Below the pieces are notes generated by a model. The model ran no database searches. It had not been told where the DNA came from and worked only from the letters and a program-made list of their open reading frames with translations. This document shows, piece after piece, positions 48,784-59,250 of a stretch of 64,000 bases of DNA. Position 1 is the stretch's first letter; each line of letters begins with the position of its first letter. The position numbers were made by a program, and so were the translations under genes. The stretch is from Lachnospiraceae bacterium UBA7054 (GTDB lineage Bacteria; Bacillota; Clostridia; Lachnospirales; Lachnospiraceae): contig DLAF01000071.1 of NCBI GenBank assembly GCA_002492725.1, positions 2,305 to 66,304 of the forward strand. The letters run 5' to 3'.

Positions 48784-51700
48784 GTAGATACCGAAGAAAA
48801 ATCGGAAGAATCCACCTCCGAACCCGAGCAAATTGAAAAGGAGGAAAAGGACGAGATCGTCCCTGCGGAAAATAGCGAAACAGATGTTATTGATAACGCA
48901 GGCGACACCACTCCTGATACATCCTCCGAAAAGAAGGGTTCTTCCGAGAAGACCCCTGAGGGAGACGCAGACGCCGAGATTTCATCCGGTGAAATCAACG
49001 CGGCGGAAGCCACGGAAGCGAGTGTCGAGGTAATAACCCTTGTTGATGCTAAGGATGCGGAAAATAAGGATATCCTTGCAACGAGTAACGCAAGTGATGT
49101 GGAAGTTACCTTCACAAACGGCTGTGTAAACGATGGCAAGCTGGTTGCCGGCAAAGATCTGACCTTTAAGATCGAGCCCGGCGTAGGCCGTGTACTGGAT
49201 AAATGGGGCTACGTTCTCAGCGGCGATAAATCCCAAGATCCCAAAGCAGCTACAGCTCTTACGCATGGCACGGAATTAAAAATTCCTAACGGCACGCTTC
49301 TTCCTAAAGGAAAAGAAGCACAAAGCGTTAAGATCTATGTAAAGACGAAAGCAGCAACCTACGATGTGGGCTTCACAGGCGATAATGCTGACGTTTATGA
49401 GATCGTCAGTGAGGGCGATAATGCCGGCAAGCTGAAAAAGGATAAAGTAGCAGCGAACGCAAAGTTTGAGATCACTCACGGTGAGTTCAAAGAATTTGCA
49501 GTGGTGGTCGCAGATGCAAAGATTCTGGACGAAGATGGCATTAAGCTGAACAATACTACCGTTGATCACGAGGAAGCAGCGGAATTTGATCAGGTTGATA
49601 GTACTGAGAAGGTAAGTGCCTTCAAGATCGAGGTCGATCCCAGCGCATATGGGCTTGGCAGCAACAATATAAAGACGGAGGCAGCGGTGAGCATCACTGT
49701 CCGTGACGCATATCAGCTGAGTGTAACAGACGTTGCGGCACCGGCTAATGCGGCACTAAAAGTGCATAGCGGAACCGATACATCTCTGGTAAAGATGGCA
49801 GCAAACGGCAAATTTACCACGACCGATCTGACAGAGGACAAGAAAGAAGAGTACGCTGAAAAGTCCCTCGCGTTTGCGGTGAAACCTGCCGCAAATTATA
49901 TGATTACTTCTGTTACCGCTGAAGTGACGGATAGTAAAGGCGCAAAGGCCGATGTCGAAGTTTCGGAGGGTTCGGAGGTCACTGAAGATGGAGATAATAA
50001 GGGCAACATTGAGTACACCATCTCTCTGGATCAGACCGCTCTGGAATTGACGGATAACAAGACTGTGTCGATTACGATCGAAACCGCTCTGGATGATTCC
50101 GATGAGAATGATGCGATCCACCGCATCTCTTTTGAAGCGGCAGAAGGCAGCGATCTGCGGAACGTGACCGTAAAGGGAACCCCGAAGGGCGGAACCGAGG
50201 AAACCCTTACAGATCTCACAAAGACTGTCAGAATCACCGAGGATGATTATACGATCGAGGTGACAGCGAACGCTGGTTATGCCCTGACGAAGGGTGACAA
50301 AGGAGAAGGCGGAAATCTGGACGCAGATAATGCGGAGGAAGCTGCTCTGGACGGCAAAGCTTTTGTGACCATTTCCGAGACCAGAAAGTACGGAAGCGGT
50401 GAGGATGTGATTACGCCCGATCCGATCGTCTACAAGACGGAAGCAGCGGCAGCGGGCATAAAGATCAACTTAAAGGGCAGCGACACCAAATATGAAGATG
50501 GTGCAGAGACAGCCAAAAGTTACGTAGTTCTTTCCGCGACTGTTACCATCGGCGTGTCAGAGATTAAAAATACTGATGAGAAACTCATTGCATTTGTGGA
50601 TGGACTGGGCACGGAGGATAAGGCAAGCTACACGATCACGAACACGGCGGGCGTACTGAAGGATGAGTATGCACCTTCGGTATATGCATCTTTGGATAAC
50701 ACCTATGCGATTGCAAAAAGTGTAGATCTGCTCACCTTCAGCGTGACCTCCGCGAACACGCCTGAGGTAAAACTGTCTATAGACGCAACAGAGAGCACCC
50801 TGAAACCGCTTACGAGCGAGGGCGGCGTCTATACTTACAGCGTTCCGACAAACAGACTTACCGAGGATACGGGAAAGGTCAATAAGATTGTCATCGCTAA
50901 GGAACTCGGTGCGGAAAAGACCGTCAGCGTGAACATTGATAAGGCGGCAAATCTGGAGAGCACAACAGGTTTTGTCTACAAAGTCGATGGCACTGCAAAG
51001 AGCGAAACATTAAGCAATGGTGACAATACACTTACGAACAAGGCAAAGGTCGGCCAGGAGGTCGAGCTGGTATTTACGGCGGCAAAAAACGTGACCTTCG
51101 GTGAGATTGTTGCAACGATGGGCGAGGAAGCGCTTACGGCAACGACCGGAAAAGATGAAGACGGACTGAACACGGCGACCATCAAGACCGTAGTAAAAGA
51201 TGCAATCACCGTGAGCGTAAAGACCAATGCGCCTTACTATGTAGAGCTTTCTACCGCAGCGGAGAGTTCCCTTGTGCAGGAAGAGGACGGCTCTTACACG
51301 GTAAATTATAACGAGACGAATATTCTCGTAGATTTAAAGGCGGCGGATACAGGAGTCGATGCAGCCTTCTATGACATTGCCGTGAAGGATGGCAGTGCGA
51401 CCGCTGTTACTTCGGCTAAGATAGACGGAAACAGCGCTAAGATTGAAAAGATCGACCCCAAGGAATGGGGCAAGACCCTGACCATTGAAGTGCAGAGAAC
51501 CCAAGACAAGGCTGAGAAGTATTCGGCAACCCTGAAAGTAAGCGCTGCTTCCGATCAGGTTACGGTGACGGATCTGGCGACTGGCGAGGTTGTAAAGAAA
51601 GACGTTCCTGTAAACCTGAGAAGGGATTCTCAGATTTCCTTCCGTATCGATCCCAAGAGTGGTGCAAACCGAGAGGATCTGAAACTGGAGATTCGCGCTG

Positions 51701-54700
51701 CAAAGGAAAACGCTTCTGCGACAGAGAATAAGAAGGCTCAGGATCTGTTTGCGGACGGGGCAAGCGTTTCATTCGGTGATGACGGCGTCGTGACTCTGAC
51801 AGCCAAACCCGGCGAAGCGGCAGCCGATGCAGTGAAACTGTGCGTGCTGAATAAGGAAAAAGGCGCGGAAGGCAAGGTGAACGATAAACCCTTAGAGGGC
51901 GGCGAGATCACAATCAATATTACGGATCCCGTTGTAAAGTCTGCGGATCTTGCGACCGTTACCGCAACGGAGGCATCCTCCTCCAACAGGAAGGTGAAGC
52001 TCAACCTGAATGTGAATCCGGCAAATAAGAAAGCTTTGATAGATGCGCCGATAATGGGTGAGTTATTCTACAGAGTTGAGATAAAGACCATAACGCCGGA
52101 CATCAAAGAAGGCAAGGTTGAAGTCATTAAGGGCAACGATCTGGTGAAGTATGTGCCGATTTATAAAAACGGCAGCACCTACAGTGCGTCAGACTTTGCA
52201 AAGTATGTAGAGTTTGCGCCGATAGCGAAGTACACGGATAAAGATAATAAGGTGGTAGACCTCAACAATGCTAGGGTTGACATCCCGGGCACCATCGCTG
52301 TAACTGCAGAGGTAACGCTGGTACAGTCTTACGCATCGAATGATGAGGTAGACGGCGAGTTTGTGCCCGCACTTGTTCCTGCATCAAAGGATACTGCATA
52401 CGCGAAAGGTGCGACGGCATCTGCATCGCTTTCGACCAGGCGCCCCGTCTTTGAGACAAAGCTGTCTGTTAAGAAAGTGAACAACGCGACAGTGTTTAGC
52501 GGCCAGACGGCCGTGGTTGCGATTCCGACCTTCTCGAAGGATACCTCATACAATGAGGCATACACAGAGTTTGTCAACACAAAGACAGGAAAGTTATTGG
52601 GAAATCCCTGGAAGGCAAGTAATGGTACGGATCTGTTTGATACCTGGGTAGAGGGCGGTAATGTCTATGTATACGTCAATGAAAGCGTAAGAGTATCTGA
52701 CTGGACCAAGAGGAGTCACACAGTATATGATGACAGTGCCATTAGTAGTAAGATCTACGAGGACGATTTCAAGAACCTCGGTGTAAAGATCGTTGCGCCC
52801 GCTCCGGAAGAGGGTTATGAAGCAACAGCGGTCGTGAAGCTGAACGTAAAGCAGGGTATCTACAAGATTGATGCAAATCGCAGCAAAGCGGCTCTGACCC
52901 AGAAACTCTATCAGGATGCAAAAGGAACGGTGAAGTCCGTAAAGATCACACCGGAGTATAACAATGGCAACAGCAGTTATAAGCCCGCAAAGGCAGCTGT
53001 CACCTGGCAGATTACGGACGAGTACGGATATGGTACGGATAGCCTCGATGCGAACATCAAGATGGCAATCGCAGGCAAGAAACCTCTGATCAAAGTAAAG
53101 AACGGCACCGTGTCCGTGGATAAAAAGTTTGTAAGAAAAGCAAATGCGGAAGCAAACACCTTCTATGTGACGGCGAAAGCAAACGATTTTGCCGGTAATG
53201 AGGTAAAGAAAACATTTACGTTTGTGATCACGGGTAAGAACCAGACCATCGGTAAGCTGGTGGTGGTGGATGGCAGCAACAAATCGCAGCCGGCGGCATC
53301 CCTAAAGGCGGAAGACTTTAGAAATAAATCTCTGTATGTTGCGGCAGTAAAGCCAGGCGTGGATGATTCCGCAAAGAACTTTACTTACAACCCGGCAACA
53401 GACTTTGTTCCCGTAACCTTTAAGGCAAGCGGCAAGCTTGTAACCGTAGGTGCTGCTGATGCGTCCAACTATAGGGCACCGCTTACCTTCTATAAGAAGG
53501 GCAAGACAAAGATTACCGCAACGACCGTAGACGGTGGAAAGGGCGCAGGGACGCAGGCAACGCTCGATTTAGTCGTGGCGGACTATGAGCAGCTTGGCCT
53601 GAAACTTGTGAGCTCAAGCGGTGTCACCACAGAGCCAGACAACAAGACGATCAAATATTTCGGCGGCAGCAATGAGCGTTATGCGCTGTATCTGCATTAT
53701 TATGACAGCGCTGATAAAAAATGGAAGCCCGATTACAATTATAAGAACGTCAAGATCAAGGTAGATGGCGGAAAGTTTGTGGCAAATCCTGACTGGAAAA
53801 CCAGCGACAACCTGATCGGCTGGGCAGTCGTTGTCAACAAGGCGAGCGGCGAAGCATCTGTTACCGTGACAGATACCGCCAGCAAAAAGGAAACAAAATA
53901 CACCATCGGAAATGGCAGCAATGCGACGGTAAAGGCACCTTCCGTTAAACTGGTGGAGCCGAATAAGCTGACGGCTGACGACTATGAGGATCTGAAATTC
54001 CAGGTAAAGACGTCTGACAAAAAGCTGGAAAACTATGCCGGTCAGTATGTGAAGATCACGCCTGACTATACGCTTACCAGGAATAAGAATTATGGTGCAT
54101 GGGATATTCTGGGATATAATTCCGCTAACGGTTATAAAGAAGACAAAGTGGGCGTTATCGAAAAGATCGACGAGAACGGTCAGTTTACGCTGGAGGATGT
54201 AAACTTACAATACACAGGCACATACAAACTGGTAGCGACGGTCGGCGATCTTGACAAAGGCGAGTTTAAGGCGCTTGCAAAAGATGCAAAAGTAAGCTTA
54301 AAAGTGGCGAATCGGAAGTATGACGGTAAGTTGAAAGTCACGTCAAGCTATAAGCTGAATGAAAAGGGTGCGGCAATTGCGCAGATCCAGGTTAAGACGG
54401 ACAGTCTGTATTATGTTGGCGGTGCGCAGAACATCACAAAGCAGGCGAAGGAGCTGGGTGATGCGCATTCCAATAACTTCACCAAGTACTTTGAGGTGAT
54501 AAATAACTGGTCAGAGGATAACGACGACTTTGCTCCTCTGTGGAACAAGACCGCAGACTACGATGGAAACTATGCTTACATCAAAATGAAAGACGATCTG
54601 AGTGCGGCGGATATCGCTTACATCACCGGTCAGGTTCCGGAGACGGCAAAACAGGCAAAGGAAGACTGCGAAGGTTACATCACCGTGTGGAACGGTACTT

Positions 54701-57240
54701 ATCGGACAGATGTAAAAATCAAGATTTCCTTTAGCAAGAGCGTGAAGTACAGCGCGACGGCTCCGGCAGTTTATGCGAGTGCAAAGGCAGTCAAGCTGCC
54801 CGTGGAGATCTATTACGGTAAGACAAAGATGGATATCGCGTATGCTGAGCTTGACGGAACGAACAGCTTTACCGCAAAGCAACCTGTGCTAAAAGATGGG
54901 CAGATCACGCTGGAGAGCGTAGCAAATCTGGCGGCAAGCAATAAGCCATACGAAGTCAAGTTAAAAGTTCTGCCCTATGCGGCGGCGTACAACGCTGATA
55001 CCAAGGATACGAATGAGAAAGGCGCTGCGAAGGTAAAGGATCTGGTAGCGACCTATGGTGTACCTGTAACTTTAAAGGTAACCGTAAAAGAACTGGGCGC
55101 AGCTAAGATGATCAGCGCGAACATGAAAGTCAGCCTGAGCTCTGCCGCTTACACCGAAAAGAACGGGAACGGGTATGTGCAGGCAGCAAGCGGAAAGGGT
55201 AACTACGTTGTAAATATTCCTTATACGATCGCGGCTGATAACGGCGCTCTTGCAAGCAAAGATCCTGTTGCGGTAAAACTGGAAGGCAACGAGATTGGAA
55301 GCGGCAAAGATAAAATGACGCTCGTAACTGCAAGCGCAAAGGTTGTGGATAAGTATAACGGAAACGATGTAGTAGGGACGCAGAATGTCATCCAGCTGAC
55401 CGTGAGCAAGCAGGCAATCGAGTACTATAGCGGCTTGGCTAAAAAAGATAAACCCATCACGGGCTGGGGCAAGAAACTGAAAGTGCCTGTAACGGTACAG
55501 CTGACAAACGCGAATAAAGAAAACGCGGCGCTTGAGACCCTGAACTTTGAGATCACCATGCCGAAGCAGCCTAAGACCTTCAAGGATGTGCAGGATATCG
55601 TGAAGAATGCGGGAATCGAGAAATATCAGACCGCAAAGGCAGCCAAAGCGAGTGTGATTCTTACAAGCCTTATGGATAAGATCACAGCGAAACTAAACAG
55701 CATTATCCCTGCGGACAGTGATGTAAAAGTAGAATCCCTTGGCGTAACGGGTGTGAAGCCCGATAAAGGTAGCGCTTCAACAGCGGCGACAGCAATCGTT
55801 GAGGAGGGAACTGCAATTGTCACCGTGAAGCTGAAGGATGTCGCAAACAAAGATGCTGAGGCATTTGAGCATAGCTGGACCTATAATAAGCTGGGTGTGA
55901 AGGCAACTACAACGGAGGTTGGAGACGTCAAGACGGCCACCACAGTGAAGAATGCAATCGACACCTTCCTTGACAGCTATGAGGTAAAGAACGAGACAAC
56001 GGCGGAGATCCTGGATACCGATATCAGAAGCGCTGAGGTGGATGATATCAAGAACAACATCGGAGATCGCAGAGGCAATGTCTCTATCAAGATCACGAAG
56101 TTTGTCAAGGTTCCTGCAACTACAAAAGCTGATGGATTGATAACCGTATCCATTCAGGTAAAGGATCTGCTGAATGGAACTGTGGCGCCGATTAATAATA
56201 AGGAACTTACAATTAGCAGGCTGCAGAATATTGTCAATGCTTATGGTAAGATTAAAACTGCAGTTACCGGTGCAAACCTGACTACAATCATTCAGGATTG
56301 CGGAAGCGATCCAGACCTCATCAATACGGAGATTCTGAAAGCGGCACAGGAAGCAGCTAAGAACCCCGGCATTACCGTAGCTTACAAGACGGATAGCTTC
56401 AAGTTTGTAAAGGCAATTGCAGTAGGCGGCGAGGACGAAGAAGGCGTTACCTTGGAAGATGGTCGCAAGGGAAGCTTGGCTTTCACCCTGCTGATCACCG
56501 AGAACGGTCGTGAGAAAGAACTCGATGGAAGCGCAGAAATCCAGATCTCGGATGCAAGCAAATATGTAACGCTCGAAGAAGCGAAAGAAAAAGTATTTGC
56601 TAAAGTAGCAGAAGATAATGATGGCACGACAGTGGTTCTCGCCAGCCTGGCTACCGCTCTGGCGAGTGCGATCGATGCAGATGAGACAGAAGCAAATAAT
56701 AAGGAAACAATCAAGAACGCAGTAAAGGCTGAGGCTGAGAAAGCAGTCGATGGTACAACAGCAGGCAGTGTCTATGGTTACGAGGTAGAGGTTACTGATA
56801 TCGTTTATACCCTTCCTACCGCTGCCGCAAAAGCAACTGTAGCATTCAATGTGGTTGTGAAGTCAAAGAAGGGTACGGACAGCGAGACGATCGAAGTGAC
56901 AGAAACTAAGATTGGAACGGTAGATGCGACCAGAATGACAAAAGAGGAATTTGAGAATGCCTGGAAGGAAATGGAAGCAGCGATCAGCGGCGGACTTCCT
57001 ACTAATAAAGCAGCTGCTTTGACGGAGATTGGGAACAAAGCCCAAGCTCTTGTATCGGGAACACAGGCGGGCGAGCTCAAAGGTGCTGCCACTTATGAGG
57101 CAAAGAGCGAAGCGACACCTACAACTGATGCAGACAGCAAAGTGACTGCACTAACAGGCGTGACAGTAGTTATTAAAGACAGTGAGGGAACGGTTATTTA
57201 TACGACAGAAACGGCGAAAGATTTTACCTTCGCAAGTTAA
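48775..57240 (+). CDS. Giant surface/S-layer-like protein, 2821 aa, apparently lacking its N-terminal head (silent cassette 1)
   Basis: Uninterrupted 8.4-kb ORF rich in Ala/Thr/Val/Lys/Asp with beta-strand patterns. Begins with an acidic linker; no signal peptide or SD; TGA at 48766-48768 closes the frame upstream. Confidence 0.85.
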   Translation: MTEVDTEEKSEESTSEPEQIEKEEKDEIVPAENSETDVIDNAGDTTPDTSSEKKGSSEKTPEGDADAEISSGEINAAEATEASVEVITLVDAKDAENKDILATSNASDVEVTFTNGCVNDGKLVAGKDLTFKIEPGVGRVLDKWGYVLSGDKSQDPKAATALTHGTELKIPNGTLLPKGKEAQSVKIYVKTKAATYDVGFTGDNADVYEIVSEGDNAGKLKKDKVAANAKFEITHGEFKEFAVVVADAKILDEDGIKLNNTTVDHEEAAEFDQVDSTEKVSAFKIEVDPSAYGLGSNNIKTEAAVSITVRDAYQLSVTDVAAPANAALKVHSGTDTSLVKMAANGKFTTTDLTEDKKEEYAEKSLAFAVKPAANYMITSVTAEVTDSKGAKADVEVSEGSEVTEDGDNKGNIEYTISLDQTALELTDNKTVSITIETALDDSDENDAIHRISFEAAEGSDLRNVTVKGTPKGGTEETLTDLTKTVRITEDDYTIEVTANAGYALTKGDKGEGGNLDADNAEEAALDGKAFVTISETRKYGSGEDVITPDPIVYKTEAAAAGIKINLKGSDTKYEDGAETAKSYVVLSATVTIGVSEIKNTDEKLIAFVDGLGTEDKASYTITNTAGVLKDEYAPSVYASLDNTYAIAKSVDLLTFSVTSANTPEVKLSIDATESTLKPLTSEGGVYTYSVPTNRLTEDTGKVNKIVIAKELGAEKTVSVNIDKAANLESTTGFVYKVDGTAKSETLSNGDNTLTNKAKVGQEVELVFTAAKNVTFGEIVATMGEEALTATTGKDEDGLNTATIKTVVKDAITVSVKTNAPYYVELSTAAESSLVQEEDGSYTVNYNETNILVDLKAADTGVDAAFYDIAVKDGSATAVTSAKIDGNSAKIEKIDPKEWGKTLTIEVQRTQDKAEKYSATLKVSAASDQVTVTDLATGEVVKKDVPVNLRRDSQISFRIDPKSGANREDLKLEIRAAKENASATENKKAQDLFADGASVSFGDDGVVTLTAKPGEAAADAVKLCVLNKEKGAEGKVNDKPLEGGEITINITDPVVKSADLATVTATEASSSNRKVKLNLNVNPANKKALIDAPIMGELFYRVEIKTITPDIKEGKVEVIKGNDLVKYVPIYKNGSTYSASDFAKYVEFAPIAKYTDKDNKVVDLNNARVDIPGTIAVTAEVTLVQSYASNDEVDGEFVPALVPASKDTAYAKGATASASLSTRRPVFETKLSVKKVNNATVFSGQTAVVAIPTFSKDTSYNEAYTEFVNTKTGKLLGNPWKASNGTDLFDTWVEGGNVYVYVNESVRVSDWTKRSHTVYDDSAISSKIYEDDFKNLGVKIVAPAPEEGYEATAVVKLNVKQGIYKIDANRSKAALTQKLYQDAKGTVKSVKITPEYNNGNSSYKPAKAAVTWQITDEYGYGTDSLDANIKMAIAGKKPLIKVKNGTVSVDKKFVRKANAEANTFYVTAKANDFAGNEVKKTFTFVITGKNQTIGKLVVVDGSNKSQPAASLKAEDFRNKSLYVAAVKPGVDDSAKNFTYNPATDFVPVTFKASGKLVTVGAADASNYRAPLTFYKKGKTKITATTVDGGKGAGTQATLDLVVADYEQLGLKLVSSSGVTTEPDNKTIKYFGGSNERYALYLHYYDSADKKWKPDYNYKNVKIKVDGGKFVANPDWKTSDNLIGWAVVVNKASGEASVTVTDTASKKETKYTIGNGSNATVKAPSVKLVEPNKLTADDYEDLKFQVKTSDKKLENYAGQYVKITPDYTLTRNKNYGAWDILGYNSANGYKEDKVGVIEKIDENGQFTLEDVNLQYTGTYKLVATVGDLDKGEFKALAKDAKVSLKVANRKYDGKLKVTSSYKLNEKGAAIAQIQVKTDSLYYVGGAQNITKQAKELGDAHSNNFTKYFEVINNWSEDNDDFAPLWNKTADYDGNYAYIKMKDDLSAADIAYITGQVPETAKQAKEDCEGYITVWNGTYRTDVKIKISFSKSVKYSATAPAVYASAKAVKLPVEIYYGKTKMDIAYAELDGTNSFTAKQPVLKDGQITLESVANLAASNKPYEVKLKVLPYAAAYNADTKDTNEKGAAKVKDLVATYGVPVTLKVTVKELGAAKMISANMKVSLSSAAYTEKNGNGYVQAASGKGNYVVNIPYTIAADNGALASKDPVAVKLEGNEIGSGKDKMTLVTASAKVVDKYNGNDVVGTQNVIQLTVSKQAIEYYSGLAKKDKPITGWGKKLKVPVTVQLTNANKENAALETLNFEITMPKQPKTFKDVQDIVKNAGIEKYQTAKAAKASVILTSLMDKITAKLNSIIPADSDVKVESLGVTGVKPDKGSASTAATAIVEEGTAIVTVKLKDVANKDAEAFEHSWTYNKLGVKATTTEVGDVKTATTVKNAIDTFLDSYEVKNETTAEILDTDIRSAEVDDIKNNIGDRRGNVSIKITKFVKVPATTKADGLITVSIQVKDLLNGTVAPINNKELTISRLQNIVNAYGKIKTAVTGANLTTIIQDCGSDPDLINTEILKAAQEAAKNPGITVAYKTDSFKFVKAIAVGGEDEEGVTLEDGRKGSLAFTLLITENGREKELDGSAEIQISDASKYVTLEEAKEKVFAKVAEDNDGTTVVLASLATALASAIDADETEANNKETIKNAVKAEAEKAVDGTTAGSVYGYEVEVTDIVYTLPTAAAKATVAFNVVVKSKKGTDSETIEVTETKIGTVDATRMTKEEFENAWKEMEAAISGGLPTNKAAALTEIGNKAQALVSGTQAGELKGAATYEAKSEATPTTDADSKVTALTGVTVVIKDSEGTVIYTTETAKDFTFAS

Positions 57241-57332
57241 TGGCGTTACCGTGAACCTGCGTGTTTTACAACTAAAAATGCTGCGCAGATAAAAAGATCC
57301 TTTTTATTGCAAAGCAAGCAAGAATAAGTGAG

Positions 57333-57365
57333 AGGCGGCGGGAAAAATCCTGCCGCCTTGTCTTT
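57333..57365 (+). terminator. Intrinsic terminator after the giant ORF
   Basis: AGGCGGCGGGA-aaaa-TCCTGCCGCCT-TGTCTTT. Confidence 0.75.
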
Positions 57366-57591
57366 GTGTACAACAGATACTTGGATTTACAGTAAAACTT
57401 CCTGTGCTATAAATAACGTTGGTTTATCAATCGAGTTAAAAGCAAAGGCTATGACTATATAATACGATGGGATAGCGAAAATATTTTCATGAGCTTCAAT
57501 TAGCTGGCAAGAATTCAAATATCATATAAGTGTAAAAAAGGTGAAGATGATAAGTTGTATGATGTTTGCAAACGAATGAAGGGGAATATAT

Positions 57592-58224
57592 ATGGATAAG
57601 AAAAGCATGGATGAAAAGAGTCTTTTTTGGACGAGGCTGGGCGTCATCATAAGTATTATTGGAAACTATAAGGTGATAGTGGGGATTTTTGTAATATTGC
57701 TAGGTCTTGGAGTGTCCTCAATTAATAGAGATAAGGATAGTACTACAGAGACGTTGTCTGGCAGCGATTATCAGCCAATAGATCCGGACAATGACAGACC
57801 AATAAATCCGGGCGATGTCGAAACAGCAAATCCAGACGTTAGTAGCGATACAATGACTTTGAAAATTACCATTAACCCGAATATTCAACTCCATGACAAT
57901 TTTTATTATGAATATCCGGATCCCCTTGATCCGTCCAGAAATTATATTGTAGATTTTGGGCGGGGGATTTCCGGCACATTTTCCTATTCAAGGGCATTGA
58001 CCCAAGAAGAACGTGCAAACTGGGGGCATGGCGGTAAGCTATATGATGAAAATGGTAACGAGGTTGGCGAGGAAGGAAACTGGCCAACTTTCTGGTCTGA
58101 TCCCGACGGAAGATTTGCCGTAGAATTTCCCGAAAATTTCCCTGCCGGGCACTATATTTATGAGATTGACCACGTCATTTCAAACTGTCTTATTTCAGAT
58201 CGAATCGCGTTTGATAATGTATAG
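57592..58224 (+). CDS. Hypothetical membrane-anchored protein
   Basis: N-terminal hydrophobic segment, Pro/Asp linker, small beta-rich domain; AAGGGG RBS; AT-rich context. Confidence 0.7.
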   Translation: MDKKSMDEKSLFWTRLGVIISIIGNYKVIVGIFVILLGLGVSSINRDKDSTTETLSGSDYQPIDPDNDRPINPGDVETANPDVSSDTMTLKITINPNIQLHDNFYYEYPDPLDPSRNYIVDFGRGISGTFSYSRALTQEERANWGHGGKLYDENGNEVGEEGNWPTFWSDPDGRFAVEFPENFPAGHYIYEIDHVISNCLISDRIAFDNV

Positions 58225-58293
58225 GGTAGTTGTAACAGTTATACGGGGAGATAAATATCTCGAAGCAGCAATCGGGAATATCCGCTGGGAGAC

Positions 58294-59250
58294 TCATCCG
58301 TTAACTTTCCCCAATTCAGTCTGCAGCTTCCCCCACTGTTCTACAACAAACGAAAATGGTTCGCGATCATCATCGGTAAAAATATAATTTTTCTGCATTT
58401 GTTCATATGCGCTGCATAAGCCGTTGTTTTCCGGTAACCCGCGAAAAATTTGAAAGTCGGAAAACGACCTGTCGGCAAGGCTGCTCCCCGTTCGTCTTGT
58501 CTCCTCCAGTCGCTTGTAGCTTATCATCCGATTTAAAAGTTTTGCGTCCCGAAGCATATCGCGGATAATCGGCAGATCAAGCACGACACTCACGTCATAA
58601 ATATGTTTTGCCGTATCAAAGTACATGGCACGCTCAAAGTAAAATTCCGCGGCAAATATCTTATCGACAAAGATACGTTCCAGACAGATGGTCTTGACGG
58701 CAAAGGGAGCGACAGAATACTGCTGCCGCAGGATCGTTCTCTGCTCGTCCGTGGCGAAGGTATAGATTATGGGTTCAATCTCCATGGAGGAAAAAGGTTC
58801 GCTGACGGTAAACGATGTTCCTTCTACCTTGACATAACCAAATCGCTGGAGTGGATCGGTTATATCGACCGCCGCTGCGGGCGTATAGTCATAGACCGCC
58901 GTAATGCTTCCTTTTCGGTCGCATTCCAACTCCTTTGCAAAGGTTCTTGGAAGGGAACGGTATTTCTTGGTCGCAGCCTCAAGGCGTTTCTTTGCCTGGC
59001 TGTTATTACATCCCTCAACATCTATGGTCAGGTCGACGTCTTCCGAAAAACGGCGGATGCTCTTTTGCGCCTTATACAAAGCGGTGCCGCCCTTAAAGTA
59101 GACCGGAAGCGTATCCTGCTTTTGCGCCAGCTCCTTCAAAAGCAATGTGACATAGTAGTCCTTTTCCAGAATGTCCTCCCGAATGCCGGTAACTTCGTGG
59201 ACAATTTCAAGCATATTTAAAAAGGATAATCTATCCTCGTGCAGTCTCAT
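58294..59250 (-). CDS. AbiEii/AbiGii-family nucleotidyltransferase toxin (type IV TA)
   Basis: LEKDYYVT, FKGGTALYK, RRFSEDVDL, DKIFA, KHIYD. Confidence 0.92.
   Translation of the reverse strand: MRLHEDRLSFLNMLEIVHEVTGIREDILEKDYYVTLLLKELAQKQDTLPVYFKGGTALYKAQKSIRRFSEDVDLTIDVEGCNNSQAKKRLEAATKKYRSLPRTFAKELECDRKGSITAVYDYTPAAAVDITDPLQRFGYVKVEGTSFTVSEPFSSMEIEPIIYTFATDEQRTILRQQYSVAPFAVKTICLERIFVDKIFAAEFYFERAMYFDTAKHIYDVSVVLDLPIIRDMLRDAKLLNRMISYKRLEETRRTGSSLADRSFSDFQIFRGLPENNGLCSAYEQMQKNYIFTDDDREPFSFVVEQWGKLQTELGKVNG

Noticed and set aside
48651-49154. Minus-strand ORFs 48651-49154 and 60180-60701 sharing a C-terminus (...YAPLMAFANAFVILNHDNLRAYQ)
   Set aside because: They are antisense shadows of the giant ORFs running into the duplicated element. 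The shared tail simply reflects the DNA repeat, and there is no RBS or protein-like composition.
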